A stretch of 64,000 bases of DNA from Candidatus Polarisedimenticolia bacterium (GTDB lineage: Bacteria > Acidobacteriota > Polarisedimenticolia > Gp22-AA2), in the NCBI GenBank assembly GCA_050747445.1, contig JBOGOE010000229.1, forward strand, positions 2,511 through 66,510. Reading direction: 5' to 3'. The notes below the pieces were generated by a model that ran no database searches, was not told the DNA's origin, and worked only from the letters and a program-made list of their open reading frames with translations. The translations under genes were made by a program, and so were the position numbers. Of the stretch, positions 63,088-64,000 are shown in pieces. How positions within the stretch are numbered: position 1 is the first letter of the stretch; each line of letters starts with the position of its first letter.

Positions 63088-63935
63088 CGGTCGCCTCCCT
63101 CGCCGGCGGGGGACAGCATTTCGGTTTCTTCCGCGGACGGGACGCTTTCGTTCGGAGGTTCGGCCGAATCGAACGCGGTCACGCGGTAATCATAACGCAC
63201 GCCCGCGGCCGCCGCGGGCTCGACCCACGAGGGCTCCGCGGCGTCCACCTCGGCCACCAGACGCCACTCCTCCCCGATCCCCGCGGCGCGCCGGTGGATC
63301 CGATAGCCGCGCAGGTCGGCCTCCTCGTTGGGGAACCAGTAGAGCCGGATCGCCCCCCCCTCGATCGCCACCGCAAGCCCGTCGGGCGCTTTGGGCGGAT
63401 AGACGTCCCGCGGCACCACGCGGACCGGCGCGGTTCCGGCGCTCTCCCGGGGTGGTCCCTCGCCGGAGGCCACCGCACGCACGCTGTAGACGCAGGCTTC
63501 GCCGTAGCGGAACGTCCGATCCACCCAGGAGGTCCCGTCAATCGGAGCCGGATTGAGCGGCGCTCCCGGTTCCCCTGCCCCCCGCTCCCCCAGGCGGTAC
63601 ACGTTGAACCGGAGACCGGGCGGCGAGTCTTCGCCCGGCGACCAGGAGAGCCGGAGCTCCCCCTCCGCCGCCTCGACCGCGAGCCCCCGCGGGGCGGGGG
63701 GTGCCGGCGCCAGGTCGAGCGGCACCGGCATCGCCAGCGACGAGCGCTTCTCGTCCGGATCGTGGATCAGCACCGAATAGAGGTGGCGCGGTCCGCTCCG
63801 CGGTACGGCCGCTCCCCGGGGAGCGGGGGAACCCGGCGCGGCCACGCCCGGCGTCGCGGCGGCGGGGGGGGCGGCGGGGAGAGGGACGTCCGGGGCGTCG
63901 GGGAAGGCCCCAGGAGCGATGGCGTCGCGGTACAC
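63084..63935 (-). CDS. Fibronectin type III domain-containing protein (5' end may extend beyond ORF start)
   Basis: Two FN3-like units (GELRLSWSPGE...RFNVYR; GGAIRLYWFPNEEADLRGYRIHRR). Pro/Ala-rich N-terminus. 4-nt overlap with dapF. Confidence 0.5.
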   Translation of the reverse strand: MYRDAIAPGAFPDAPDVPLPAAPPAAATPGVAAPGSPAPRGAAVPRSGPRHLYSVLIHDPDEKRSSLAMPVPLDLAPAPPAPRGLAVEAAEGELRLSWSPGEDSPPGLRFNVYRLGERGAGEPGAPLNPAPIDGTSWVDRTFRYGEACVYSVRAVASGEGPPRESAGTAPVRVVPRDVYPPKAPDGLAVAIEGGAIRLYWFPNEEADLRGYRIHRRAAGIGEEWRLVAEVDAAEPSWVEPAAAAGVRYDYRVTAFDSAEPPNESVPSAEETEMLSPAGEGGDR

Positions 63936-64000
63936 CAGCCGGCCACCCGGCGCCGCGGCGGCCAGCGCTTCCCCGCTCAGGGTCGCAAGGGTCGCGGCCT

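Overview
This is a densely coding, high-GC (about 70%) bacterial chromosomal segment, probably Gram-negative. The TIGR03436-like VWA protein and the very large TPR-rich membrane proteins suggest Acidobacteriota, but that is inference.

Most genes are core envelope housekeeping:
- A bamA-skp-lpxD-fabZ-lpxA cluster, followed by a Gfo/Idh/MocA (GnnA-like) oxidoreductase.
- lolCD(E), clpC, lpxC, and a psd-pssA phospholipid operon.
- tsaB-rimI, an exbB-exbD-exbD-tonB cluster, mpl, dapF, nth, polX and pheA.

No rRNA, tRNA, CRISPR array, transposase or integrase could be supported from the sequence.

The less ordinary content:
1. A prkA(yeaG)-yeaH-spoVR module driven by a near-consensus sigma70 promoter in an AT-rich island. 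spoVR carries an in-frame TAA inside a conserved motif. It is followed by a ParA/MinD-like pseudo-ATPase with a J-like domain, whose C-terminal RodZ-like HTH sits in the -1 frame after a poly-C tract.
2. Two translationally coupled, paralogous GGDEF-PilZ fusion genes, one with a degenerate GGDEF.
3. A BamA whose loop 6 carries an insertion of about 140 aa of Ca-binding-type D/N/G repeats.
4. A 1280-aa secreted protein combining FG-GAP, thrombospondin-type-3 and dockerin-like modules.
5. A large radical-SAM protein with a rubredoxin-like knuckle and Cys-rich C-terminus, a candidate Tes/MSS-like membrane-spanning lipid synthase, next to a PHP phosphoesterase and an Rrf2 regulator.
6. An Asd-family pseudoenzyme embedded in the pssA/psd operon.

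Many long ORFs in the six-frame track are Arg/Pro/Ala-rich antisense or alternative-frame artefacts of the high GC content and were discarded.
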